From a virus (taxonomy: Duplodnaviria; Caudoviricetes), in IMG/VR virus record IMGVR_UViG_3300031716_000024, positions 1 to 39,932 of that record: a stretch of 39,932 bases of DNA. One strand, given 5' to 3'. Within the stretch, counting starts at the first letter, position 1. Each line of letters opens with the position of its first letter. A program made the position numbers and the translations under genes. The notes under the pieces are model-generated. The model was not told where the DNA came from. It saw nothing but the letters and a program-made list of their open reading frames with translations, and ran no database searches. Shown piece after piece: positions 8,767 through 18,054 of the stretch.

Positions 8767-9539
8767 ATAAGCTTTTAAAGTCACTTCCAAGAAATCAAAA
8801 GCGATATGAGCGAATAATTATTGCGGATGATTTTTCGCTCGCTAAAAAAAGGAATTTAGGCGGATGTCTTGCCAATGGTAAATACATACTTTTTATTGAT
8901 GATGATAATTATTTAAATTCAGACGCTATTGATCAGATTATAAAAGCCATGGATAAGGATAATACCATAGGCGTTATGGGAATGGTGGCTTGCTATGATG
9001 ATAAACCTACCTTTGTGGCAGATGGTGGTTCAATCCGGAATTATATAACCGGATTTATGAAAGGGATGTACACCAATACGGAAATAAATACCCTTCCAAA
9101 AGAGCCTTATGAAGTATCTGAAGTTGCCAATGCTTTTGTGGTGCGCCGGAAATTATTTAGACAACTTCAAGGCTTTGATGAAGTTCATTTTCCGATTGAT
9201 CTTGATGAGGCGGATTTCTGCAAACGCGCAAAAAATATCGGATACAAAATAATGATGTGTCCGGCCGCTATTTGTTTCCATAAATCAATTACCTATTCAC
9301 ACATTCCAGATTTCAGGAGGGATAAAAATGCGTATTTCATGGGCCGCAACCGTGTCTTTTATCAGAAGAAACACAGTAATCACTGGACTTTATTTTTATA
9401 TTTTTGTTACGGTCTGCCTGCGTTTGTTTTGTTCTATGTGTGGGCGCTTATGTATCGTAAAAAAACCGAAATGATAAAACATTTTTTACAGGGGGTTAGG
9501 GATGGATTACGAAATTGTACCAAGAATCAATATTACTAA
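8712..9539 (+). CDS. Glycosyltransferase family 2
   Basis: ISIVIPT, RNLG, ILFIDDD, GFDE...DEADFC.R; GTG start after GGAGG. Confidence 0.9.
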   Translation: MSTISIVIPTIPGREELLNKLLKSLPRNQKRYERIIIADDFSLAKKRNLGGCLANGKYILFIDDDNYLNSDAIDQIIKAMDKDNTIGVMGMVACYDDKPTFVADGGSIRNYITGFMKGMYTNTEINTLPKEPYEVSEVANAFVVRRKLFRQLQGFDEVHFPIDLDEADFCKRAKNIGYKIMMCPAAICFHKSITYSHIPDFRRDKNAYFMGRNRVFYQKKHSNHWTLFLYFCYGLPAFVLFYVWALMYRKKTEMIKHFLQGVRDGLRNCTKNQYY

Positions 9540-10290
9540 AGAGAAATGTAAAAAGATCGGAGCATTTTGGTATGACCCTGAAATTGACGGGCTGTATCAC
9601 GAAAGCCCGTGGCCATTTCCGGTCCAGCTTTTAATTTCTGATGGTTTGACTAAGTGCCAGGTGACACAAGGCTTTTTGGATCTTCCCTTTATTTTGAAAG
9701 GCTGGATTAATCTTGATATTTTGTTGCGTGAAATTGAGCTTTTGAAACTCGTTAATGAAAATAAAATCCTCATGCACGCCTCCTGCGTTGGGCATACCTT
9801 AATTGTGGGCTTTCCACAGGCCGGCAAGACATACCAAACCTATAAGATGGTTTCAGAAGGAAGCCAGTTAATTTCTGAGGAATATACGATTATATGCGGA
9901 AAGATGGCTGCGCCCTACAAACCTATGATGCGGACCTGCTTTTCATTTCGGACCATTTACGATTGTGATATTCATATGAATTTTTGGGATTGGATTCGTT
10001 TGTTTGCCGCAACGGTACGCGCCGCAATCCTTCCCTTTGCGCATGAAGCCGCGATCTGGAAAAATATTCCGGTAAGTGGAAGGGTAAGCGAAATCAAAAA
10101 AATAGTGTATGGTTCTACAGGGGAAGAAATCAAAGATTGGAAAACATTTGCAATTCTTTGCGAAAACGAATTTCCGTTTATGTCTAGTGAATTTCTGCAA
10201 GCGTATGCGGTGGCCAGTGGATTTGATATTTTAAGCGCACAGGAAAAACAACGGAATTTAATAAAGGAGTTTATATGCTCAGTATATTGA
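9502..10290 (+). CDS. HPr-kinase-related P-loop protein
   Basis: LMHASCV, LIVGFPQAGKT (Walker A), and LISEE where HprK has DD. Confidence 0.6.
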   Translation: MDYEIVPRINITKEKCKKIGAFWYDPEIDGLYHESPWPFPVQLLISDGLTKCQVTQGFLDLPFILKGWINLDILLREIELLKLVNENKILMHASCVGHTLIVGFPQAGKTYQTYKMVSEGSQLISEEYTIICGKMAAPYKPMMRTCFSFRTIYDCDIHMNFWDWIRLFAATVRAAILPFAHEAAIWKNIPVSGRVSEIKKIVYGSTGEEIKDWKTFAILCENEFPFMSSEFLQAYAVASGFDILSAQEKQRNLIKEFICSVY

Positions 10291-10871
10291 TTCCAAATCG
10301 TGATGAACAGCACATTCAAATGTTTATTTCAGAATGTGAAAAAATCCTGCCGGCGCATGAAATTATTATTTCAAATGATACGGAAGGGAAAGGAAAAGGC
10401 TGGGCTTTAAGAGAAGCACTCATTCATTCTAAAGGTGATTATATTGCCTTTATTGATGGGGACGGCGAAATTGAACCGCGGATGCTTCTTCGATTATTGC
10501 CGTTTATGGATGATTTTGATGCCGTTGTTGGTTCAAAGCGTATTGCCGCAACCGCTCCTTTAAGGCGCAAAATCATGACTCGGCTGACGCGTTTGTGGTT
10601 TAAATTTCTTTATGGTGTGAGAGTGGACACGCAAACGGGAATAAAATTATTTCGCCGGCGTGTGCTTAATTTTTATTCGTCTTATTGGGAATCGAACGGT
10701 TTTATTTTTGATGTTGAAATTTTAGCAAATCTTCAAAAGAAGCATTACCGAATTATAGAAATTCCAGTTGAAGCAGAGATTAGAAAACAGCTTTCATTTA
10801 AACAGATTTTTCGGATTTTGGGGGAAAGTTTATGGTTAAAGTATCGGTTATCATTCCATGCAAAGAAATAA
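10275..10871 (+). CDS. GT2, polyprenol/dolichol-phosphate sugar synthase-like (DPM1/DPG type)
   Basis: GKGWALR, FIDGDG, VVGSKR, DTQTGIKLFRR, FIFDVEIL, IIEIPV. Confidence 0.85.
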   Translation: MLSILIPNRDEQHIQMFISECEKILPAHEIIISNDTEGKGKGWALREALIHSKGDYIAFIDGDGEIEPRMLLRLLPFMDDFDAVVGSKRIAATAPLRRKIMTRLTRLWFKFLYGVRVDTQTGIKLFRRRVLNFYSSYWESNGFIFDVEILANLQKKHYRIIEIPVEAEIRKQLSFKQIFRILGESLWLKYRLSFHAKK

Positions 10872-11515
10872 ATGGCTACACATTAAGGTGTATTAATTAT
10901 CTCCAAGCTATCCCTGAAAAGGATGAGATAGAGATTTTTGTTGTTACGGACGCGGTTTGTCCTGGGCTTCCATCTGCAAAAAGAAATTGGGCAATGGAGC
11001 GTGCGCACGGTGAAATTTTTGCATTTATAGATTCCGATGCTTATCCCTCTAAATACTGGTTAAGAAATGCGCTTTTCTGGCTTCAATTCTATGATGCCGT
11101 GTGCGGCCCTGGTGTTCTTCCGGATGATGCGCCCTATGAAGAATTTGTTTCTGATCAGGTTCACCAATGGATTTTCTGCCCTTATCGGGTGATTCCAAAA
11201 ACTCCACAGATGGTTAAATGGTTTCCTACCTTTAATTTAATTGTCAAAAAGAAGGCGGCCACACAGTTTGAGCTTTTCTTGACCGGCGAAGATGACAAAT
11301 TTGGACTCAAGATTAAAGAAGGAATTTTTTATCATCCTGACATTTTGGTTTACCACAATCGCCGCGGCGCTTTTAAACCATTATGGCGGCAGTTTGGGCA
11401 GTGGGGAAAAACAAAAGGCCATTTCTTTCGGCTTGCTGTGATTGCTTACATCACGACTTTATGGACTTATTTTATTAACTTCATACATGGATTTTTTAAA
11501 AGGAAATTATCATGA
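10832..11515 (+). CDS. Glycosyltransferase family 2
   Basis: VSVIIP, KRN.A...A.GEIFAFIDSDA, GED, VYHNRR; hydrophobic C-terminus. Confidence 0.85.
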   Translation: MVKVSVIIPCKEINGYTLRCINYLQAIPEKDEIEIFVVTDAVCPGLPSAKRNWAMERAHGEIFAFIDSDAYPSKYWLRNALFWLQFYDAVCGPGVLPDDAPYEEFVSDQVHQWIFCPYRVIPKTPQMVKWFPTFNLIVKKKAATQFELFLTGEDDKFGLKIKEGIFYHPDILVYHNRRGAFKPLWRQFGQWGKTKGHFFRLAVIAYITTLWTYFINFIHGFFKRKLS

Positions 11516-12483
11516 AAATACTAATCACTGGAAGTTTAGGGCTTGTAGGTTCAGAAGCAACACGGTTTTATTTAGATCGCGGCCATGAGGTTATTGGAAT
11601 TGATAACAATATGCGTGAATATTTTTTTGGCCCTGATGGTTCGGTATTAAAAAATATGATTAAACATCCAAATTATACCTATCACAATATGGATATTCAG
11701 GATTCTGCTCAAGTAATTTTAAATTTTAAACCTGATGCAATCATCCACGCGGCCGCGCAGCCGTCCCATGATTGGGCGGCGAAAGATCCGATCACTGATT
11801 TTAATGTGAACGCAAATGGAACGCTTATTTTACTGGAAGCTTTTCGTAAATACGCGCCCGAAGCGGTATTCATTTATGTTTCAACTAATAAAGTGTATGG
11901 AGATAATCCCAATAAATTATCTTTAATAGAACTGGAAACACGATATGAATCTTCATGTGAAGTAAATGAATACATGAATATTGATAATTGTATGCACTCG
12001 CTTTTTGGTGTGTCAAAGCTTTCTGGCGATTTGCTTACTCAGGAATATGGGAGATACTTTGGATTAAAGACTGGGGTGTTTCGGTGTGGTTGTATTACGG
12101 GCCGCAAACATTCAGGCGTTGAGCTTCATGGGTTTTTATCTTATTTGGTGCGTTGTAAGAAAGAGAAAAGGAGATATAAAGTTTATGGGTATAAAGGAAA
12201 ACAGGTCCGCGACAATATTCATGCTTATGATTTGGTTAATGCCTTTAATTGTTTCATTGCCAATCCCAGACAAGGTGAAGTTTATAACATGGGCGGCGGT
12301 CGCTATAGTAACGTGTCCGTTTTGGAAGCATTGGAACGGCTTAAAGTGAAATATGACTATATAGACCAACCGCGCAAAGGGGATCATAAATGGTACATTT
12401 CAGATGTTTCAAAATTTAGAAGTCATTATCCAAAATGGGAATACACTTATAACATGGATAAGATAATCGAGAATCTTTTGTGA
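11512..12483 (+). CDS. NAD-dependent epimerase, CDP-paratose 2-epimerase-like subfamily
   Basis: HAAAQPSHDWAA, STNKVYGD, HSLFGVSK, GKQVRDNIH, GDHKWYISD. Confidence 0.85.
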   Translation: MKILITGSLGLVGSEATRFYLDRGHEVIGIDNNMREYFFGPDGSVLKNMIKHPNYTYHNMDIQDSAQVILNFKPDAIIHAAAQPSHDWAAKDPITDFNVNANGTLILLEAFRKYAPEAVFIYVSTNKVYGDNPNKLSLIELETRYESSCEVNEYMNIDNCMHSLFGVSKLSGDLLTQEYGRYFGLKTGVFRCGCITGRKHSGVELHGFLSYLVRCKKEKRRYKVYGYKGKQVRDNIHAYDLVNAFNCFIANPRQGEVYNMGGGRYSNVSVLEALERLKVKYDYIDQPRKGDHKWYISDVSKFRSHYPKWEYTYNMDKIIENLL

Positions 12484-12656
12484 TTAAATTTTGGAATAAA
12501 TTGTATTTTTTATATATGAAATTTGCAGTTAAAAGATTGGATTTAGAACAATTATATAAGATGAGAGAATTTGGCTATAAAGTTTCAACCACAAAAATAA
12601 ATTTTGAAGGAATAAAAATAATTGAAGAAGAAATCGAAAAAAGGCAACAGAAATGA
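12480..12656 (+). CDS. Small hypothetical protein, 58 aa (not in ORF track)
   Basis: GTGA and ATGA overlaps fill the gap exactly; AT-rich. Confidence 0.5.
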   Translation: MIKFWNKLYFLYMKFAVKRLDLEQLYKMREFGYKVSTTKINFEGIKIIEEEIEKRQQK

Positions 12657-13708
12657 AATATTTATTTCCTCTTAATCCATATAATCAGCAGCGACAATTC
12701 CAGAAGCCAGCGTGGGTTTATCCATGTCATTTGGCGGCGTATGCTACGTATTTGAGGAATGAGGGGCATGAGGTTATTTGGGGGAATTTTTATAATAATG
12801 AATTATATGGTGAGTATAAAGGAGTAACAATTGTTCAAGAAATTAGAGATGTTACATACAAATCGATAGAAAATGATACTCAAATTGATGTGCCTTTTGA
12901 AAAACTTCCTTTTCCAGACCGGGAATTTACAGATGCTAAAAATCCGAGATGGCAGACTTACGGAAATTATAAGTTTCATCCTGCCACACACATGATGGCA
13001 TCAAATCTTTGCTGGTGGGGGAAATGCACATTTTGCATTGATACAGCAAAGCTTGAAGGAGGGGAAAAACGCGGTGTTCGGCGAGTTGGCCACGTGATTG
13101 AGGAAATAGATGATCTTATTCGTTTGGGATTTAAAGAAGTATTTGATGATTCGGGCACCTTCCCAATGGCGAAATGGCTTGAAGAATTTTGCAGTGCAAT
13201 GATTGCCAGTAAAAGAAATAAGAAAATTGTGTTTGGCTGTAATCTTAAACCAATCAAGGCAGATTTTAAAATGATGAAACAGGCAGGCTTTCGATTTGTG
13301 CTTGTGGGAGTTGAATCCGCAAATCAGGAAACGCTGGATAGGATAAAGAAAGGCCAGAAAGCGGATGAAGCGATTGAAGTTTTAAAGGCGATGAACGATG
13401 CTGGGCTTGAAGTGCATTTGACTTCGATGTTTGGATACCCATGGGAATCTCATGCTGATGCGATGAGAACTGTGAACCTGATTCACTTCCTTCTTAAAAA
13501 GGGATACGTGAAAACCGCGCAAGCCTCAGTGTATATGCCACCGCGCACTGCTCCGGACGCAAACTCTCCGAACCAGAAATATGTACAGATGGTTTACGAC
13601 GTTTACAAGAATCCCGTGTACTGGTTCCGGAAGCTTAGGGACATTAAACGCATTGAAGATTTAACTTATTTACTTAAACGGATTCCACTAATCAAAAAGG
13701 CGGAATAA
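12653..13708 (+). CDS. Radical SAM protein, B12-dependent-like family, with reduced N-terminal domain
   Basis: CWWGKCTFC, P..LAAYATYLR..GHEV, LPFPDR, GVESANQETLDRIKKG, MFGYPWE. Confidence 0.85.
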   Translation: MKYLFPLNPYNQQRQFQKPAWVYPCHLAAYATYLRNEGHEVIWGNFYNNELYGEYKGVTIVQEIRDVTYKSIENDTQIDVPFEKLPFPDREFTDAKNPRWQTYGNYKFHPATHMMASNLCWWGKCTFCIDTAKLEGGEKRGVRRVGHVIEEIDDLIRLGFKEVFDDSGTFPMAKWLEEFCSAMIASKRNKKIVFGCNLKPIKADFKMMKQAGFRFVLVGVESANQETLDRIKKGQKADEAIEVLKAMNDAGLEVHLTSMFGYPWESHADAMRTVNLIHFLLKKGYVKTAQASVYMPPRTAPDANSPNQKYVQMVYDVYKNPVYWFRKLRDIKRIEDLTYLLKRIPLIKKAE

Positions 13709-13930
13709 ATGTTTGGACAACAGCCAAGAATAGAAATTATTTTTAAACATGGGGATAGAGTTAAAAGCGAATTTGGACGAAAGGGAACAGTTGTAGATTG
13801 TTTTGGTCCATCTTTTTATCCGCATCCCGTAGGATGTAAGAATTGGCGGATCAAATTTGATGATGGTGAATATGACACTTACTGTACTGAGGATTTATCA
13901 TTATTAAATGATGAGGGAAAAAATGTTTGA
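13709..13930 (+). CDS. Small hypothetical protein, SH3/KOW-like
   Basis: FKHGDRV...GTVV...IKFDDG pattern. Confidence 0.6.
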   Translation: MFGQQPRIEIIFKHGDRVKSEFGRKGTVVDCFGPSFYPHPVGCKNWRIKFDDGEYDTYCTEDLSLLNDEGKNV

Positions 13931-15296
13931 AAAAATAGCATGGATTTGTATTGTTAATTTGGCGCTTTATCTTAAAACTTTACGCTTTAAGTTTGTTTCC
14001 GATGATTTCTCGGTATGGCAAAATCCACCCGCATTTAAGAATGAATGGCATAAACGATGGCTTCAGTTCACCGGCGCATTAAAATTGCTTGAGCCTTCCG
14101 TTTATTTTTACAAAGAAAAGGGAAAATGGAAATATACGGTTATTAAAACTGAGGAATTTGAGCATTTGCTTGCGCTTCTTTTGCATATTTGTATTGGAAT
14201 AAGCATTTATTTTGCATTTGGAAAGAATCAAGTATCGTTTATTGCCGCCCTTCTTTACTCTACAAACCCTGTAAATAATCAAGGAACGATTTGGCCGGGG
14301 GGTAGGGGATACGCTCTTTCAATCTTAAGCCTATTACTTTCGATCAGTATTCCTTTCCTGTCTCCGGCCCTCCTTTATTTTTGTTCATGGTATCCGGCAG
14401 GATTCTTTGCACCTTTAAGTTTGATTGGGTCAACGCATTGGATGTTGCTTGGCTGGATACCCCTTATTTGGATATTACAACGCAAGAAATATTCGACCGC
14501 GATTAAACAGAAAGATTCAAACGAATCGTTTACGGAAGATAAAATTATTCATCCGCGCAAACTGATTTTGGCAATTAAAACATTTGGATTTTATTTGACG
14601 CTTTGTCTTATTCCGTTCCGGATCACGTTTTATCATAATTTCTTGCAGTCTTGTGCCGGATCTTTAAAGCACAAAGCCTATACATTTTGCAGATATTTTT
14701 GGATAGGGGCCATTTCAATTACCCTAATGATTGTGTGCGCAATCATGGTTCCTTGTTGGAACCCGTTGATTTGGTCCCTATTTGCTTTTTTGTTTACCAT
14801 TCTTCCGTTTTGTAATTTCAGGCGCGCAAACCAAGAAATTGCAGAACGCTTCGCCGCGCTTCCAAATGTGTTTTTAATGTACGGACTTGCGCAAGTCATT
14901 GCCCCATATAGTGTTATAGTTACCTCATTTTTAATCTTTTATATGACCAGAACTTTTTACACGCTTTCGATGTATAAGGATGAATATTTTATTACTGAAC
15001 TTGCTGTGATTGAAGATCCGCACGCGTGGTGGGCTTGGCATTGCCGTGCAATGAAACGATGGGATACTCAGAGTTACATGGAAGCATTAATTTTATGGAC
15101 AATGGCCAAGCTTATTTCCCCTAAAGAATTTAAGGTTTTAATGAATCTTGCAAGCTGTTTAAGGCTCTTAAAGAACGATAAAGAAGCAGACCATTTTCTT
15201 AAACTTGCCGAGGAGAATATAGTGGCCGGCCAGGAAAAAGAAGCCATGGAATTTATCACTGCCCACCGAAAAGGGAAATTGCCCATCTTGCTTTGA
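13923..15296 (+). CDS. TMTC-like multi-pass GT-C glycosyltransferase with C-terminal TPR
   Basis: TM1 then FVSDD...NP; LLH; AALLYSTNPVNNQGTIWPGGR; IAERF; many hydrophobic segments; TPR-like tail. Confidence 0.75.
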   Translation: MFEKIAWICIVNLALYLKTLRFKFVSDDFSVWQNPPAFKNEWHKRWLQFTGALKLLEPSVYFYKEKGKWKYTVIKTEEFEHLLALLLHICIGISIYFAFGKNQVSFIAALLYSTNPVNNQGTIWPGGRGYALSILSLLLSISIPFLSPALLYFCSWYPAGFFAPLSLIGSTHWMLLGWIPLIWILQRKKYSTAIKQKDSNESFTEDKIIHPRKLILAIKTFGFYLTLCLIPFRITFYHNFLQSCAGSLKHKAYTFCRYFWIGAISITLMIVCAIMVPCWNPLIWSLFAFLFTILPFCNFRRANQEIAERFAALPNVFLMYGLAQVIAPYSVIVTSFLIFYMTRTFYTLSMYKDEYFITELAVIEDPHAWWAWHCRAMKRWDTQSYMEALILWTMAKLISPKEFKVLMNLASCLRLLKNDKEADHFLKLAEENIVAGQEKEAMEFITAHRKGKLPILL

Positions 15297-15321
15297 TCCT
15301 ATCAGATGTTATATTTTTTGT

Positions 15322-15831
15322 ATGAACATCCGCATGCAAAAATATAAAGCAAATCGTCTTAAAGGAATGAATCAATACAATGCTGCGCGTGCTGCAGGCT
15401 ATTCTGAAAGTATGGCTAGAGTGGCATGTCGAATTGAAAAATCTGTGAAAGTCAGCATTACCGATGCTTTGGAGCGCGCTGGAATCACACCGGAATATAG
15501 AGCCGCTGAACTTGTAAAACTCACTCAAGCCAATAAAGTTATTTCCTGCAATGTAATTGCTTCTGACGGCGAAGGCATGAAAGATGCCAATTCAATGACC
15601 AAAGATTTTATTGATGTTCCGGATAATGCTGTGCGTTTGAATGCGCATAAACATATTGCTGAATTAATGGGTGATGTTAAATCTAAAGTGGAACATGAAG
15701 TTTCTGGGAAAGTTACCTTTGTTGAAATGAAAGAAATTGAACTTAACGGCAAACCTCTAAGGTATAAAATTGGACAAACTCAAGATTCCGGACTTGTTGG
15801 AAATCCCGGACAAGATATATCCCGTAATTGA
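15322..15831 (+). CDS. terS: Terminase small subunit
   Basis: AARAAGYS HTH motif; directly upstream of terL. Confidence 0.8.
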   Translation: MNIRMQKYKANRLKGMNQYNAARAAGYSESMARVACRIEKSVKVSITDALERAGITPEYRAAELVKLTQANKVISCNVIASDGEGMKDANSMTKDFIDVPDNAVRLNAHKHIAELMGDVKSKVEHEVSGKVTFVEMKEIELNGKPLRYKIGQTQDSGLVGNPGQDISRN

Positions 15832-17119
15832 GAAGCTTGATGATTACAGGTATTTTCTTTTAGAAGGTGGCCGCGGCGGTGGGAAATCTCAGTCTATTGG
15901 CAGATTCATTCTTTATTTGTGTTCGCTTTATAAGCTGCGTGTAGTTTGCGGCCGTGAAATTCAAAATAGTATTACCGAATCCGTTTATTCACTCCTGTCT
16001 GATTTAATCCGCACCAAAAATTATAACTTTGAAATTCAATCATCCAAAATTGTTCACAATAAAACGGGATCAACCATTAATTTTCGTGGATTTAGAGAAC
16101 AAGGTTCATTCAACATTCAGGGAATGGAAGGCATTGATATTGTTTGGATTGATGAAGCGCAAGCATTAACGAAACAAACCCTTGATGTGTTGATCCCCAC
16201 TATTCGTAAAGACAATGCCAAAATTTTCTTTACCATGAACCGGCATGTTGAGAATGATCCAGCCTTTTCAACATTTGTGAAACGCGATGATTGTTTACAC
16301 ATTAAAATCAATTACTTTGAAAATCCATTCTGTACGATTGCTTTAAAAAAAGAAGCTGAGGAATGTAAGAAAATAAGCGAGAAAGATTACAACCATATTT
16401 GGCTTGGGGAACCGCTCGATCAAGGCGAAGATTGTGTTTATTCGCAAAGTGAGCTTGCACACGCCAAAACAAACCATTATCCGCTTAGGGATGGATACGG
16501 TATTCGTGTGGCCGGTTTTGACATTGCTCGTTATGGGGATGATAAATGCGCAGTGGTAATCTTGCAACAAATGGGCGCGCTTCACTGGGAAGCGATTCAT
16601 GTGGATGAATGGGACAAGAAAGATTTGAATTATACGACCGGGCGAATTTTAATGACCACTAATGAACATGCTGTAAATAAAGCCATTATTGATATTGACG
16701 GATTAGGAGCAGGCCCTTTTGACACACTTACAAAGGGACGCGGGATCGAGATGTTTACAGGTTTTAGAAATCCGGTAATTGGATATGCGGATAATAAAGA
16801 GTTTGCAAATCCGCGCACAATCAACGCTTATAGATTAAAAGATTTACTCATGAAAGGGCATTTGTGTTTGCCAGATGATAAAGTGATTTCAGAATGCATG
16901 ACAATTAAATATACGTTTGATCAAAATCAACGCCGGATTTTAGTTTCAAAAGACAAGATGCGAAAAGATGGTTTTAAGAGTCCAAACCTTTTTGATGCTC
17001 TGATCATGGCCATTAGTTTGATTGGCACAGTGAAGCAGGAACAATTAGTTCAGTACAGACCAAAAGTAAGTCAATATTCACAAGATGAATCACTCTTTAA
17101 AATAGCGGGGATAAAATGA
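15770..17119 (+). CDS. terL: Terminase large subunit, PBSX-like ATPase
   Basis: GGRGGGKS, REIQNSI, WIDEA, IPTIRK, GFDIARYGDD, SPNLFDAL. Confidence 0.95.
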   Translation: MDKLKIPDLLEIPDKIYPVIEKLDDYRYFLLEGGRGGGKSQSIGRFILYLCSLYKLRVVCGREIQNSITESVYSLLSDLIRTKNYNFEIQSSKIVHNKTGSTINFRGFREQGSFNIQGMEGIDIVWIDEAQALTKQTLDVLIPTIRKDNAKIFFTMNRHVENDPAFSTFVKRDDCLHIKINYFENPFCTIALKKEAEECKKISEKDYNHIWLGEPLDQGEDCVYSQSELAHAKTNHYPLRDGYGIRVAGFDIARYGDDKCAVVILQQMGALHWEAIHVDEWDKKDLNYTTGRILMTTNEHAVNKAIIDIDGLGAGPFDTLTKGRGIEMFTGFRNPVIGYADNKEFANPRTINAYRLKDLLMKGHLCLPDDKVISECMTIKYTFDQNQRRILVSKDKMRKDGFKSPNLFDALIMAISLIGTVKQEQLVQYRPKVSQYSQDESLFKIAGIK

Positions 17120-17532
17120 GAAAATATTTATATCATAAACAGGTTGAACGGAAACGGAATTTTGTGGGGACGCTTGCTGCGATCGGCGCTGCGATTGGAG
17201 GAGCATTAACTGCTGGAAGTGCGGCGGGTGCTGCGGCGGGTGCTGTAATTGGTTCAACCGCAGGCGTTATAGCTACAGGGGCCTCAATTGCTACGGGAGT
17301 TGTAGGTGTCACTAAACTTGCGTCTGGTTCAAAAGGATCTAAAGGTGGCGCAGGAGATAATTCTCCTTTGCCATTACCTCAAACTCCCACTGTGGACGCA
17401 GCAAGCACAAAAGCGGCGGATGTTGTCTCTAAAAAAAGAGCCGGAATGGCGGCTTCTGATTCTGTTTACACTTCACCGCTTGGAATTGCTGGCCAAGCGC
17501 AAGTGGCACGTAAAACATTGACAGGCCAATAA
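17116..17532 (+). CDS. Ala/Gly-rich putative virion protein
   Basis: Hydrophobic A/G stretch; C-terminal TSPLG...KTLTGQ, as in podovirus pre-portal genes. Confidence 0.6.
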   Translation: MRKYLYHKQVERKRNFVGTLAAIGAAIGGALTAGSAAGAAAGAVIGSTAGVIATGASIATGVVGVTKLASGSKGSKGGAGDNSPLPLPQTPTVDAASTKAADVVSKKRAGMAASDSVYTSPLGIAGQAQVARKTLTGQ

Positions 17533-17975
17533 TGTTTTCGGTTGAAGAATATTCAGAGCAGTATCACGACGATATTGTTCAAATCGTTAAGAATTTCCAC
17601 GAAGAAGCAGTTCATGAATACGACCCTTCATTTGATCCTGATGTGGTGGCCAAAACAATTGCGCGGCAGAAAGACATGAACAACGCATTTCTTTTAATCG
17701 TAGATGGAAAATGCCAGGGCCTCATTGCCGGTGCAGAGATTGAACAGATATTTGGAACCACTCGAATTTATCAAGAACAGATTTGGTATGTGAATAAAGA
17801 GTTTCGAAGATACGGCATATTTCTATTGAGAACCGTGGAGCGCATCTTGCAATCTCGCGGAGTGACTATTATTCTTATGGGAGTATTAGAAAATTCAAAA
17901 ACTGGGAAGATCAAGCAATTTTACGAAATGATCGGATATAAATTATTCCAATCTTCTTACATAAAAAAAATATGA
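17532..17975 (+). CDS. GNAT-family acetyltransferase
   Basis: WYVNKEFRRYG and FYEMIGY. Confidence 0.8.
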   Translation: MFSVEEYSEQYHDDIVQIVKNFHEEAVHEYDPSFDPDVVAKTIARQKDMNNAFLLIVDGKCQGLIAGAEIEQIFGTTRIYQEQIWYVNKEFRRYGIFLLRTVERILQSRGVTIILMGVLENSKTGKIKQFYEMIGYKLFQSSYIKKI

Positions 17976-18054
17976 GTATTCCTAATCCTTTTTTTAATCC
18001 TTTTCTTTTTAAGTCTTATTTAGCTTCATACATAAAATACATAAAGGCTTTACC

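Noticed and set aside
3446-15296. DNA hypermodification by glycosylation
   Set aside because: No hydroxymethylase, TET/JBP or phage DNA polymerase recognised, and the lipid-donor and GT-C enzymes point to envelope or protein targets. A role for a single GT is not fully excluded.
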